A DNA stretch of 64,000 nucleotides from an uncultured Syntrophaceae bacterium (GTDB lineage Bacteria > Desulfobacterota > Syntrophia > Syntrophales > UBA8958): the NCBI GenBank assembly GCA_964492965.1, contig CAZBME010000001.1, positions 210,705 through 274,704 of the forward strand. The letters run 5' to 3'. This document shows positions 8,343 through 18,223 of the stretch, one piece after another. The notes under the pieces were generated by a model. The model was not told the DNA's origin. It made no database searches and was given only the letters and a program-made list of their open reading frames with translations. Position numbers and translations under genes: made by a program. Each line of letters begins with the position of its first letter. Position 1 is the stretch's first letter.

Positions 8343-10757
8343 TTAGTTACGCAGGGGCTTGCCCGTATTCAGCATGTGCATGATACGATCCTGCGTCTTC
8401 TTTTCGCCCAGCAGACTCAAGAAGGCTTCCTTCTCCAGATCCAGGAGACTCTGCTCCGTCACGAAGGTACCTTCCGCACAATCACCGCCGGAAAGAATAT
8501 AGGCAACCTTTCGGCTGACATGAACATCATAGTCTGAGACATAATTGCCGTGCCGCATATTGAAGAGCAGAGCATCGACAAAGCCCTGGAAATTCTCTCC
8601 CATGACGGGAATCAGCGCCGGACGGGGCCGCTTGTAGTACATGGCCAGGGCCAGGACGAGATTCTTGGCATCCCAGATCTGCTGTTCCCGGTTCATGCTG
8701 ATATTTTCCGTCTTGCGGACATACCCCAGTTCCATGGCTTCCATGGCACTGGTGGACACCTTGGCGGTGGCAATGTTTTCAAATGCCTTGGCGGCATAAT
8801 ACTGCATATTCAGACCATTCTCTACAACACCGGAGGGAATGCCTTCCGTCAGGCGAAGCAGCAATTCCTTGCAGCCGCCGCCGGCAGGAATGACACCGAC
8901 ACCCACTTCGACGAGGCCCATATAGGACTCACCACAGGGTTGGCATCGGGTACCGTGCATGGCGATCTCGCAACCGCCGCCGAGAGCCATACCGGCAGGG
9001 GCGGTCACGACAGGCTTGGAGAGATATTTCATCCGCATATTGGCATTCTGAAGATTCTCAATCCCCTTTTCAATCACATCCCACTGGGCCATCTGAACAC
9101 CGACGATCACCTTGAAGACATTGGCGCCGACAGAGAAGTTCGCAGCATGATTACCAACAACCATTCCCACAAAATCCTTCTCCACAATGTCACAAGCCTG
9201 GAACATCATGGCAGTCAGATCTTCATCAATGGCATTCATCTTGGAATGGAACTCGAGACAAGCCACACCATCGCCTATGTCGATCAGGCTTGCGCTGCCG
9301 TTGGAGGCAACGACCTTGTTCCGCTCTTTGAGGGGCGGCAGAAGAATCACGCGCGGATTGGCTACCGCCAAGACATAATCCTTCTTCTCGAAGTCATAAT
9401 AATACAGCCCGTCATCCTTCCGGGTGTAGAAGGAGGTAAAGCCTTTTTTAACCATCTCCTCGATCTTCTTGGGAACCTTCAATTTCAGCTTTTTCATGAC
9501 CTCGACGGCCTCTTTGACACCGACGGCGTCCCAGGATTCGAAGGGCCCCAACTGATGGTTATAGCCCCACTTCATGGCGTTGTCGACGGCAACGATGTTG
9601 TCGCAGATCTCTCCCACCCGGTTGGCCGAATAGATGAAGTTCTTGCAGAAATATTCCTGGACATATTCAGAGGCCTTGTCATCGCCGAAGAAAACGGCTT
9701 TCATCTTGGAAACGATATCCTCTTTCTTCCCGGCGGCAGAAATGGAGGCGAATTTGGGCTTCCCTGCCGGGACGTATTCCATCGTATTAATGTCAAGCAT
9801 GAGTTTGGCGTTCTTGCCCTTGGCATCCTTGATCTTCTTGTAGTAACCCTGCTTGGTCTTGTTGCCGAGCCATTTGTTCTCGATCATCTTATCCAAATAA
9901 GGCGCAGACTGGAACATCTCTCTGGATTCATCATCGGGAACGGCATCATAGAGGTTCTTTGCAACATGATATCCCGTGTCAAGGCCGACCAGATCCATGG
10001 TTCCGAAGATGGCCGTGCCGGGACGCCCGATGGCCTTGCTGACGATGGCATCGACTTCGTCAACCTTCATTTCCTTTTCGATCATGAGGCGAACGGCATT
10101 GGACATGTCAAAGCAACCAATCCGGTTACCGACAAAGTTCGGTACGTCCTTGCAAACCACGACGCCCTTCCCCAATTCCTGCTCGCTGAATTTAACCATG
10201 AAATCAACAACGGCCGGATCGGTTTCCTTCCCGGGAATGATTTCCATCAGCTTCATATAGCGTGGGGGGTTAAAAAAGTGGGTTCCCAGAAAATGCTTCT
10301 TCAGGGCCGGACCGAATTTTGTGCTGATATCCACGATGGGAATACCGGAGGTATTGGTGGACACGATACAGGTGGGTTTTACGATCTTTTCCACCTTGGC
10401 AAAAAGTTCCTGTTTGATTTTCAGATTCTCGACGACAACTTCGCAAACCCAGTCAACATCGGCAAGCCAGCCGAGATTGTCTTCAAAATTGCCGATCTTG
10501 ATCATGGATGCATTCTTCTTGGTGAAGAAACTGGCCGGCTTTGATTTTGTCACGCCGGCCAAACCATTGGCCGCAAAACGGTTCCGCCATGCCGGGCTCT
10601 TCTCTGTCAGACCTTTTTTCTTATCAGCCTCCGTCAATTCAAACGGGATGATATCCAAAAGATAGCATTCGATGCCCGCATTGGTCAGATGCGCCGCGAT
10701 GGTCGCTCCCATAACGCCTGCCCCTAAAACGGCAGCCTTCCTGATTTCATAACCCAT
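8343..10757 (-). CDS. fadN: fused 3-hydroxyacyl-CoA dehydrogenase / enoyl-CoA hydratase (FadN-type, about 800 aa)
   Basis: The N-terminal Rossmann motif VLGAGVMGATIAAH is followed by the HADH C-terminal domain. The C-terminal crotonase fold includes GMALGGGCEIAMHG. Confidence 0.9.
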   Translation of the reverse strand: MGYEIRKAAVLGAGVMGATIAAHLTNAGIECYLLDIIPFELTEADKKKGLTEKSPAWRNRFAANGLAGVTKSKPASFFTKKNASMIKIGNFEDNLGWLADVDWVCEVVVENLKIKQELFAKVEKIVKPTCIVSTNTSGIPIVDISTKFGPALKKHFLGTHFFNPPRYMKLMEIIPGKETDPAVVDFMVKFSEQELGKGVVVCKDVPNFVGNRIGCFDMSNAVRLMIEKEMKVDEVDAIVSKAIGRPGTAIFGTMDLVGLDTGYHVAKNLYDAVPDDESREMFQSAPYLDKMIENKWLGNKTKQGYYKKIKDAKGKNAKLMLDINTMEYVPAGKPKFASISAAGKKEDIVSKMKAVFFGDDKASEYVQEYFCKNFIYSANRVGEICDNIVAVDNAMKWGYNHQLGPFESWDAVGVKEAVEVMKKLKLKVPKKIEEMVKKGFTSFYTRKDDGLYYYDFEKKDYVLAVANPRVILLPPLKERNKVVASNGSASLIDIGDGVACLEFHSKMNAIDEDLTAMMFQACDIVEKDFVGMVVGNHAANFSVGANVFKVIVGVQMAQWDVIEKGIENLQNANMRMKYLSKPVVTAPAGMALGGGCEIAMHGTRCQPCGESYMGLVEVGVGVIPAGGGCKELLLRLTEGIPSGVVENGLNMQYYAAKAFENIATAKVSTSAMEAMELGYVRKTENISMNREQQIWDAKNLVLALAMYYKRPRPALIPVMGENFQGFVDALLFNMRHGNYVSDYDVHVSRKVAYILSGGDCAEGTFVTEQSLLDLEKEAFLSLLGEKKTQDRIMHMLNTGKPLRN

Positions 10758-10892
10758 AATCTTCCTCCTTGTGATAGCCTCCAGATGCCGGTTACTTCAT
10801 GTATGCACGATAGGTCGCATGTTTCATCGTCATCCATAAGGGTTTAATGTTTAAATAACGCCGCAAAAAATCCCACGGCATGCTTCTCCGCA

Positions 10893-11570
10893 TTATTCAT
10901 TCGCTTCACAGGATGCTTTTGTTACATCGGCATTCTGATGGGCTGTTTTTAAACCTTTAAGATAGGTTTCCATCCCTTCCTGGATGGTGATGCGAATACG
11001 TGTTTCCCGCCTCGCCTCCGGCCCTGTGAAAAGATGGAGAGAAATGATACCGTTCAACAAACCCCAGACGGCATTCCGATTATGGAGAAGATTCATGGAT
11101 GCTGGAAATTCACCAGCAGCAATACCGTTCTGAAAGGTCTCCATAACAATATCCATGTTTTTGTTGACCGCTTTGACAATCTGCTTGTCCAACTCTTCGG
11201 GTAAATTCATGTGGTCCGTATGCAGCATATAGTTCATAAGGATTCTGAACAATTCTCGATCATTCAAAAAGAAATCCACGTAACTTTGCGCCAAAGCAAG
11301 AAGATCATCAACAGCGCTCTGACTTTTTTTAATCAGACCGGTCATCAGCTTATGGTGTCTCTCGACATCGTTGAGGAGAATCTGAGCATAAATCTCCTCT
11401 TTGCTCTCAAAATGAAGATAAACGGCTCCCTTACTGATATCTGCTTTCTTGGCGATGCTTTCGACCGTGACGTGCTTGAAACCCTTTTCGAAGAAAAGCT
11501 TCCGGGCAGCTTTTAAAATGGCCTGACGCCGGATTTCTCTGACGCGCTTTCGACGGGCTTCAATCCCCAT
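10893..11570 (-). CDS. TetR/AcrR-family transcriptional regulator
   Basis: The N-terminal HTH reads ILKAARKLFFEKGFKHVTVESIAKKADISKGAVYLHF. The gene lies directly upstream of fadN-fadA in the same orientation. Confidence 0.9.
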   Translation of the reverse strand: MGIEARRKRVREIRRQAILKAARKLFFEKGFKHVTVESIAKKADISKGAVYLHFESKEEIYAQILLNDVERHHKLMTGLIKKSQSAVDDLLALAQSYVDFFLNDRELFRILMNYMLHTDHMNLPEELDKQIVKAVNKNMDIVMETFQNGIAAGEFPASMNLLHNRNAVWGLLNGIISLHLFTGPEARRETRIRITIQEGMETYLKGLKTAHQNADVTKASCEANE

Positions 11571-11615
11571 GGGAGATGCTCCTTAGATAGGAATAATGGA
11601 TGCCCCATGGAAAAT

Positions 11616-11636
11616 AAAATGACTGACAGTCATTTT
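11616..11636. promoter_or_regulatory. probable TetR operator: a perfect 10-bp inverted repeat
   Basis: AAAATGACTG-A-CAGTCATTTT lies 46 bp upstream of the TetR start. It sits just downstream of a minus-strand TTGACA-N17-TATCCG promoter-like pair. Confidence 0.6.
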
Positions 11637-11740
11637 TTGACCGATGGTTACCAGACGGATACGAAAATTTTCGCAACCTGTCAAGAAGTTTTTTTATCGC
11701 AAAGGGGCTACTCTTGAAGGATGGGATATACTTGATATTA

Positions 11741-12514
11741 TCATGAGAGAACTGAACGGGTCATGACTCCAGGGGGAAATTGTTCTGATTGCACAAGACG
11801 CATTTTTGCCAGACGATACAGGACGGAAACCGAGAGACACCCTATTCCGTAACGGACACTTCGGGTAAAGTTAATGGAGGAAGCCTCTGCAAAATATTTT
11901 GTCGGGCAGCTGATCTCCGCGATGGTGAAGCCATACCAGAGAATCTGGGCCAGCATCTGGTTGTCAAAAACAAAATCGTCGGAATTTGCTTCAAGAGGCA
12001 AACACTCCAGCAATTCCCGGGAAAAAGCGCGATATCCCGTATGATATTCGGACAATTTTGCTCCCATGACCATGTTCTCAAACAGGGTAATGAAACGATT
12101 GGCCACATACTTCCACAGAGGCATGCCCCCCTTCAGGGCATAACCGCCCAGGATACGGGAACCCAGAACACAGTGATACAAACCGCCTGCGATCATGCTC
12201 GCCATGGCGGGAATCAGCTTTGGCGTATATTGATAGTCAGGATGCACCATAATGATGATATCAGCTCCTTCCTCAAGGGCGACATGGTAGCAGGTCTTCT
12301 GATTAGCACCGTATCCCTCGTTCCGCTCGTGCACCACCACCCTGGTATTCGGAAGCGTTTGCGCAATCGCAACGGTATCATCATGGCTGGCATCATCGAC
12401 GACAAGAACCAGATCGACAATGTTTTGCGCCATGACGTCCTGATAGGTCAGAAGCAAAGTTCTGGCGGCGTTATAAGCCGGCATGACCACTATGATTTTT
12501 TTTCCTTCAAGCAT
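11741..12514 (-). CDS. family-2 glycosyltransferase
   Basis: Motifs IVVMPAYNAARTL...VVDDASHDDT and a DxD-like region fit the GT-A fold. Confidence 0.85.
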   Translation of the reverse strand: MLEGKKIIVVMPAYNAARTLLLTYQDVMAQNIVDLVLVVDDASHDDTVAIAQTLPNTRVVVHERNEGYGANQKTCYHVALEEGADIIIMVHPDYQYTPKLIPAMASMIAGGLYHCVLGSRILGGYALKGGMPLWKYVANRFITLFENMVMGAKLSEYHTGYRAFSRELLECLPLEANSDDFVFDNQMLAQILWYGFTIAEISCPTKYFAEASSINFTRSVRYGIGCLSVSVLYRLAKMRLVQSEQFPPGVMTRSVLS

Positions 12515-12780
12515 AAGTGAAATGAATTATCCTGCTGTAGTATGATTTTTACTCCCACCATTTATCAATATTTTCTCAATAAACCAATCAAAATATATGG
12601 CCCTATTCCCTTCCTCTTGCCCTTCGTCCAATACGGGATATTCCCCCGTATATTACGGAAAGTTTGTTAGTATTGCTATCGGAGGCTCTAACGCTTACAA
12701 TCTCCGGTAAGTCATGGGTGCCTTCTTGCATCAAAGAAGGACCAATCAATTAACCTTTAGAGCAGATGAGGAGGACCATC

Positions 12781-13263
12781 ATGTTTTCAGGCAATCAACT
12801 CAATATGGAACCTTATTCGGAAATGTTTTCAAAATGGTCGAAGGGATACATGGAGATGTTTTCGCAACCATTTAAAATGAATGGGCAAACAACCAGGCCT
12901 GCGGAAACCGTCGACTTCATCAAAAAGTTCATGTCTCAGGGATTCGTGCCCGCAACAAACTTAACCGAATCGGCAGGCGAGGTGTTGAAACTGATTAAGA
13001 GCGAACAGGAGAACGCTGCAAATCTACAGAAATCCCTGTATGAATGCGCACAGGAAATGAGCCGGGCGGCCATGAAAGGCAATACTGAACAGGTATGGGA
13101 AACCTGCCTTGAGAATGCAACGAATATGATTGATCTGATTGAAACAGCTACAAGCGAAAGAACCAAAAACTATTTTCACCTCTGCAAAACGATTATTCCC
13201 TCAAATATCGTAAAGACAACTGAAAAAGCGACGAAGGAGACAGCCAAAAAGGAAAAAGCTTAA
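12781..13263 (+). CDS. hypothetical helical protein (phasin-like composition); function unknown
   Basis: I trimmed the track ORF to the ATG at 12781, which lies 6 nt after GAGGAGG. The product has no TM segment, and is helical and Lys/Glu-rich at the C-terminus. Confidence 0.55.
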   Translation: MFSGNQLNMEPYSEMFSKWSKGYMEMFSQPFKMNGQTTRPAETVDFIKKFMSQGFVPATNLTESAGEVLKLIKSEQENAANLQKSLYECAQEMSRAAMKGNTEQVWETCLENATNMIDLIETATSERTKNYFHLCKTIIPSNIVKTTEKATKETAKKEKA

Positions 13264-13810
13264 ATCGTATAGACGACCCGGAGCATCCCGTCAGGTTTGG
13301 AAAGAATATGGAAGTGAAAACAGCTTTCATACTTCCCATGGGCGGTTATTTGCTCTAACTCCGTCCCGCTTGATCTCTTGGACGAAGAAACCTCCATTAA
13401 GGGGATGATAGATTATCTTGAGCAAGCATCCTGGGTCGCAGGTGCAAAGTCCGGATAATTAAAGATCACAAGACGTCGCCGGCCCCAGGGGCGGTTGCAT
13501 CACAATGCCCTTGCGAGAAATGAACCCCGATGTTTTGTCCCGGAGAGATTTCTCAATTGAGCAGAGATAATCGATATGAACGAGCCCCCCGGAAACCATC
13601 TGCTCCAATGTCTCCTTTCATGAACGATACGATAAGACACAATCAAATGTGACCTTCCCCGTTAAATATCTTCACATTAAAACATTCACTTGAAATATTC
13701 CGCAAATCATTTATATTGATGGGCAGTTCAGCCGGCCATGAAGGCTGGCCTCATTATCTTTTTGATTTTTCATATTAATTCATATTCTATTCTATCGCCG
13801 CTGGAGTCCT

Positions 13811-14977
13811 ATGCAAGAATTATCGTCAGGAAGTGAAGAATTCAGAGATGTGATCGGGAGTCATGAAATTCAATCGTTAATGGATTACTTTTACTCTCTT
13901 ACCCGAATAGGCATCGCCATTCTGGATCTTAAAGGAGAAATTCTGGTGCATACGGGGTGGCAGGATGTATGTGTCAAATTTCACAGGATGCATCCCACAA
14001 CGCAAAACAACTGCATCGAGAGTGACACCTATCTGTCGCAAAATGTTCGCCCCGGAGAATATCTGGTTTACAAGTGCAAAAACAACATGTGGGATATGGT
14101 AACCCCCATTTACGTCGGAGACAGGCATTTGGGAAATCTGTTTCTTGGCCAGTTTTTCTTCGAAGATGAAGTCGCCGATTACGATGTTTTCATCAAGCAG
14201 GCCGAAACCTATGGCTTTGATAAAGATGATTATCTTGATGCCCTCGAACGGGTGCCGAGATGGAGCCGATCAAAAGTAGAAGCCATCATGAATTTTTATA
14301 CGGGATTTGCATCCCTGATCTCACGACTCAGCTACAGTAACCTGGAACTGGCAAGATCTCTGAAAGACCTCAATCGTGCCGATGCTGCCCTGAGAGAGGC
14401 GCAAAATCATCTGGAGAAGCTTGTTGAGATCAGGACGGTAGAGCTGTTGCGGGAACAGGAACAACTGAAGGCCGAAATCGAAACGCATAAGAAGACCCAG
14501 AAGGCGCTAAACAGCCAGAAGCAGAAGCTGTCCAGCGAGCAAAAACACCTGCAAGAGGCCAATACGGCGCTGAAGGTCCTTTTGAAGCACAGGGAAGAGG
14601 ATCGCAAGGAAATCGAGAAAAAGGTGTTGTCCAACATCAGCAAGCTGGTCCTGCCGTATGTGGATAAGTTGCAGAACTCCGGACTGAAGGCCGGGCAGTC
14701 GGGCTACCTCGATGTCATGCGGGCTAACCTCAATGACATCATTTCCCCCCTCCTGCAAAGCCTGTCGGCTCAATATATGAATTTCACGCCCCGGGAGATT
14801 GAAATAGCCAATCTCGTCCATGGTGGGCGAACAGCCAAGGATATTGCCGGAATCCTTAATATTTCCGCCCGATCCGTTGAATTTCACAAAGACAACATCC
14901 GCAAGAAATTGGGATTAACCAACAAGCGCGTCAATCTCCATTCCCATCTGATGTCATTGACGCGATTCTCGGAATAA
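13811..14977 (+). CDS. transcriptional regulator: PocR-type sensory domain, long coiled coil and LuxR/GerE HTH
   Basis: The N-terminus (SLMDYFYSLTRIGIAILDLKGEILVHTGWQDVCVKFHRMHPTTQNNCIESD) resembles the PocR ligand-binding domain. The middle is a heptad-rich Q/K/E segment. The C-terminus FTPREIEIANLVHGGRTAKDIAGILNISARSVEFHKDNIRKKLGL is a LuxR-type HTH. Confidence 0.8.
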   Translation: MQELSSGSEEFRDVIGSHEIQSLMDYFYSLTRIGIAILDLKGEILVHTGWQDVCVKFHRMHPTTQNNCIESDTYLSQNVRPGEYLVYKCKNNMWDMVTPIYVGDRHLGNLFLGQFFFEDEVADYDVFIKQAETYGFDKDDYLDALERVPRWSRSKVEAIMNFYTGFASLISRLSYSNLELARSLKDLNRADAALREAQNHLEKLVEIRTVELLREQEQLKAEIETHKKTQKALNSQKQKLSSEQKHLQEANTALKVLLKHREEDRKEIEKKVLSNISKLVLPYVDKLQNSGLKAGQSGYLDVMRANLNDIISPLLQSLSAQYMNFTPREIEIANLVHGGRTAKDIAGILNISARSVEFHKDNIRKKLGLTNKRVNLHSHLMSLTRFSE

Positions 14978-14982
14978 ATGAC

Positions 14983-15032
14983 AAAGGCCCTGTAGCTGTC
15001 AATCAATTGACAGATCAGGGCCTTTGCTTTTT
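14983..15032 (+). terminator. terminator hairpin between convergent genes
   Basis: AAAGGCCCTG...(inner CTGTCAAT/ATTGACAG stem)...CAGGGCCTTT is followed by GCTTTTT. Confidence 0.75.
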
Positions 15033-15067
15033 CAGCGTGGCGGTTACGCGTTTACGATACCGACAGC

Positions 15068-15562
15068 CTAAAATTTTCCATCATAGGTGACAGACACGCT
15101 AACCATGCCGCGGCTACCGCCACAGTTGTAGGCTTCACCAATCTGGGTTCGTGTTTCAATCTTGTTTGTTTTTGAGTCCTTCCATCGGTATTCCGACGGG
15201 CTGTTATCACCTTTTTTTCGCTTTTCCATGGCCAGCTTGATAAACGGTTTGCCGTCGACATCTTTCAAGTCCATGTGGTTCTGGCCGACAAGAAACGGAT
15301 ATTTGCTATTGGCCAGGGTAATGCCGTTCCAATCGCCGATCGCGGGATAGGCATTCGCATATATTTTGAACTGCCCCTTGGGGTTGTTGATTTCTGCGAT
15401 GGCTTTGTCACACCCGACGTCCTTTGTGTAGGCAACAACCTTTTTCAGCAATTCCTTGGCCTGGGCAGGCGTGGCCATTTTATCCTGGGCTTGAACAAAC
15501 CCGGGAATCATTAACAAGGCGATTAAAGCAATGGCAACACAGCTTGATTTCGTTTTCATCAT
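15068..15562 (-). CDS. secreted stand-alone single-Cache (sCache_2-like) domain protein, paralog 2
   Basis: A signal peptide ends in VQAQD. The pattern AKELLKKVVAYTKDVGCDKAIAEINNPKGQFKI...YPFLVGQNHMDLKDVDGKPFI...EYRWKD...KIETRTQIGE is typical of Cache_2 sensor domains. No TM or output domain is present. Confidence 0.75.
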   Translation of the reverse strand: MMKTKSSCVAIALIALLMIPGFVQAQDKMATPAQAKELLKKVVAYTKDVGCDKAIAEINNPKGQFKIYANAYPAIGDWNGITLANSKYPFLVGQNHMDLKDVDGKPFIKLAMEKRKKGDNSPSEYRWKDSKTNKIETRTQIGEAYNCGGSRGMVSVSVTYDGKF

Positions 15563-15583
15563 CTGTACCTCCTGATCCGAGGT

Positions 15584-16072
15584 TTATAATTTTCCTTCAT
15601 AGGTAATCGTAAAATTGACCTTGCCCTTGGGACCGCAATCCGTGGACTCGCCGATCAGCGTCCTGGTTTCAATCTTTTTCGTAACATTATCCAGCCATCT
15701 ATATTCCATCGGCGCACAGCCTGTTTTGCATTTTTCAACGGCGTTTTTGATGAAGGGTTTGCCATCTGCATCCTTCAAATCAATATGATTCTGACCGACC
15801 AGGAAAGGATATTTGGCATTGGCCAGCGTGATACCGCTCGACTCACCGGCTGTCGGATAGGCATTCTTGTAAATTTTGAACATGGTCCCTTTGTTTATTT
15901 CCGCAAACGCCTTGTCGCAGCCCGCTTCCTTTGCATAGGCCACTACTTTCTTCAATAATTCCTTCGCCTGGGCCGGCGTGGCCATTTTATCCTGGGCACA
16001 GGCTACGCCTGCCAGAAACATCACGGTCATTGCTACGGCTATACTCAACACAAACCAACTCTTTCCTTTCAT
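15584..16072 (-). CDS. secreted stand-alone single-Cache (sCache_2-like) domain protein, paralog 1
   Basis: By eye it is about two-thirds identical to the downstream paralog. It has a signal peptide ending ACAQD and the same Cache_2 pattern. Confidence 0.75.
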   Translation of the reverse strand: MKGKSWFVLSIAVAMTVMFLAGVACAQDKMATPAQAKELLKKVVAYAKEAGCDKAFAEINKGTMFKIYKNAYPTAGESSGITLANAKYPFLVGQNHIDLKDADGKPFIKNAVEKCKTGCAPMEYRWLDNVTKKIETRTLIGESTDCGPKGKVNFTITYEGKL

Positions 16073-16102
16073 TTTGAACCTCCCTATATATTATTATGGA
16101 TT

Positions 16103-17695
16103 TCACTCTTCTTCAAAGGGAATTAAAGCCGCCGGCTTTTTCCCTTGAGATTTCTTTCCTGCAAACCGGGATGCGCGGGCGCTTCCAGTGAATCTTTCGC
16201 GCCCCTCCCCTTCCCCTCTGCTTTCCGTCTTGAAGATGGACATGACATTCGATAAATTTTCGGCATTGCCCGCTGTCTGCTGGGTGGTATTGCTCATCTC
16301 GGCGATGGCGCTGTTCACCTGGTCAATCCCCTGAGCTTGCTCCTCTGATGCCGCGGCGATCTCGCTCATGAGTTCGACGACCTTGCCCGAACTGGCCGTC
16401 ACCTGCGAAAAGGCCGTGCTTGTGTTATTGACCAGGCTTTCACCATTGCGCACCTTCGTGACAATGTCGCCAATGAGATTAGACGAGCCCCTTGCCGATT
16501 CCGTGGCCCGCATGGCCAGATTCCGAACCTCATCGGCGACAACAGCAAACCCGGCGCCGGCTTCCCCAGCCCGGGCGGCCTCCACCGAGGCATTCAGGGC
16601 CAGCAGATTCGTCTGAAAGGCTATCTCATCAATGCTCTTGACAATCTTCTGGGTCTGTTCACTGGCCTGGGTAATTTCCTTCATCGACGACATCAAACCG
16701 GCCATAGATTCGTTGGCCTTTTGGATGGCATTCTGCGCCGATATCATCAGTTGATTAGCTTCTTGCGTGCTGGATGCATTCTGGCGGGTCATGGATGCAA
16801 TTTCGTCCAGAGAGGCCGATGTTTCCTCGATAGCAGCCGCCTCCTGGGTGGCCGAGTCGGATAGTATTTCCGATATGGCAAGGGCCTGGCCGACAGCGTC
16901 ATTCATCTTTCCCCGCATGGTGTTGACGGATTGGGCAAGCATACCGATTTCATCATTTTGCTCAATGTCAATACTGCGGGTAAGATCTCCTTCCGCCAGA
17001 TGACTCAGAATTGCCGTTGTCTCATGGACGGGCTTCAAAACCATTCGCGTCACGAGGATGCTGACCACAAAAGAAAGAAGAACGGCAATGACGACAACCG
17101 CCAAAAAGACCATGACGGTATAGTTGAAGGTCGCAACCGCCGTTTCATATTTTTCCTTGCTAAGCTTGTCTTCGAAGGCCAGCAGGCTCGACAGGAACTG
17201 GTTTAAGGCCTGATATTTATCATCCGTCATGGACATGAGCTGAATAGCCATGTCCGGATTCATGGCGGCGGCATCGAAAACGCCCAGGACGCCTTTCTGA
17301 TATTCGACCATATTATCAAGGGCCGACTGGAAGTTTTTTTTCTCTTCCGAGGTCAGCAGACCTGAGGCCAAAAGCTTTTTGATCATTTCGACATCGGCAT
17401 TCAATATATCCTTCAGCTGCTGAGAGGCATCGGCAATTTTCTTGGCATCCAGGTTTAATTTCATCCAGTTAAGAATTCGGGAAAGATTCCCATGAACGGT
17501 GGACATGTCGTTAAGGATCTTGGCGCTGTTCTGGTACTGTTTAAACCGATTGTTATAGATGTCGTCGATGGCATCCTTCTGAAGGGAAAGGCTGAAGTAC
17601 GTTCCGCATGCCAGGAGAATAAGGAAGATGAGGACAACAATGGGTGCCAGGAGCATCTTCTTGGCCAATTTCAAATTATTAAAGAAATCTCTCAT
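16103..17695 (-). CDS. methyl-accepting chemotaxis protein (two TM segments, helical periplasmic domain, HAMP, MA domain)
   Basis: TM1 is followed by an approximately 170-aa periplasmic region, TM2 and HAMP ([26 protein letters not shown]). The conserved signalling hairpin reads [38 protein letters not shown]. Confidence 0.93.
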   Translation of the reverse strand: MRDFFNNLKLAKKMLLAPIVVLIFLILLACGTYFSLSLQKDAIDDIYNNRFKQYQNSAKILNDMSTVHGNLSRILNWMKLNLDAKKIADASQQLKDILNADVEMIKKLLASGLLTSEEKKNFQSALDNMVEYQKGVLGVFDAAAMNPDMAIQLMSMTDDKYQALNQFLSSLLAFEDKLSKEKYETAVATFNYTVMVFLAVVVIAVLLSFVVSILVTRMVLKPVHETTAILSHLAEGDLTRSIDIEQNDEIGMLAQSVNTMRGKMNDAVGQALAISEILSDSATQEAAAIEETSASLDEIASMTRQNASSTQEANQLMISAQNAIQKANESMAGLMSSMKEITQASEQTQKIVKSIDEIAFQTNLLALNASVEAARAGEAGAGFAVVADEVRNLAMRATESARGSSNLIGDIVTKVRNGESLVNNTSTAFSQVTASSGKVVELMSEIAAASEEQAQGIDQVNSAIAEMSNTTQQTAGNAENLSNVMSIFKTESRGEGEGRERFTGSARASRFAGKKSQGKKPAALIPFEEE

Positions 17696-17830
17696 ATTTA
17701 TGTCCTCTTCAATAAAAAATGTTGAGATTGTTTAAGACACCTTTAAACGTAAATAAATCTTGGATCCAGACAGGCGATCCAAAATCGACATAGCTGACGC
17801 GATAACAAGCCATCGATTTGTACTCTAACA

Positions 17831-17846
17831 GCAAAGACGGTGCCAG
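17831..17846 (-). promoter_or_regulatory. sigma-54 (-24/-12) promoter of the MCP/Cache operon
   Basis: The minus strand reads CTGGCAC-CGTCT-TTGCT, an exact TGGCAC-N5-TTGC with canonical GG-to-GC spacing. It lies about 135 nt upstream of the MCP start. Confidence 0.8.
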
Positions 17847-18166
17847 CTATGGAAAGCATCTGTCAGTAAAAGGCCTTTTCAGGGCACGGTCGGGGGATTT
17901 TACGCCATGATTTTGACAGGATGGCATTGGTTCCCCTTTATGGCATTATTCTGGTTGAATGCGTTAGACCCAAAGAGAAAGGCACCGATTTAACAGATAG
18001 GCCTGACTTGCATGGTAAATTATTTGACATGAGAGGCGGGGCTATCGTCAATTACTTGACATCGCCTTTACAGTTTCAACGAAAAGGGTCTTCAACGGGC
18101 GTAGCCCAGCCCTCCTGAACGGGTTGAGTGAAAGGTAGGATCAGCCATGGGAAAGCATGGGGAAAG

Positions 18167-18209
18167 CCGTCCTACCTCCCTGCTCAGGACGGGCAGGGAG
18201 GTAGGACGG
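18167..18209 (-). terminator. strong GC-rich hairpin immediately after the carboxylesterase gene (terminator-like, weak U-tract)
   Basis: CCGTCCTACCTCCCTGC-(9 nt)-GCAGGGAGGTAGGACGG forms a perfect 17-bp stem starting 15 nt past the stop codon. Confidence 0.6.
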
Positions 18210-18223
18210 TAAAAGGAAAATTG

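Noticed and set aside
8550-10544. A very long (664 aa) plus-strand ORF lies here. Other long ORFs are similar: 6704..7984(+), 29227..30564(+), 48481..49584(+), 59810..60970(-), 37055..37912(-), 52580..53287(+), 46169..46798(-) and 62606..63229(-).
   Set aside because: Each lies entirely antisense to a gene with clear family motifs (fadN, thiolase, MFS, abfD, NtrC-type RR, EBP, acyl-CoA synthetase, crotonase, MCP). Their translations are low-complexity, being Gly/Arg/His/Pro-rich, and carry no recognisable motifs or SD sequences. They are shadow ORFs typical of codon-biased genes.
16368-16700. Nucleotide similarity exists between the signalling-hairpin regions of the two MCP genes (16.4-16.7 kb and 62.9-63.1 kb) in inverted orientation. 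This could form a recombination or inversion substrate.
   Set aside because: By eye the identity is only moderate, about three-quarters. It tracks the universally conserved MA-domain peptide ([36 protein letters not shown]). Protein-level constraint explains it, and no repeat structure is involved.
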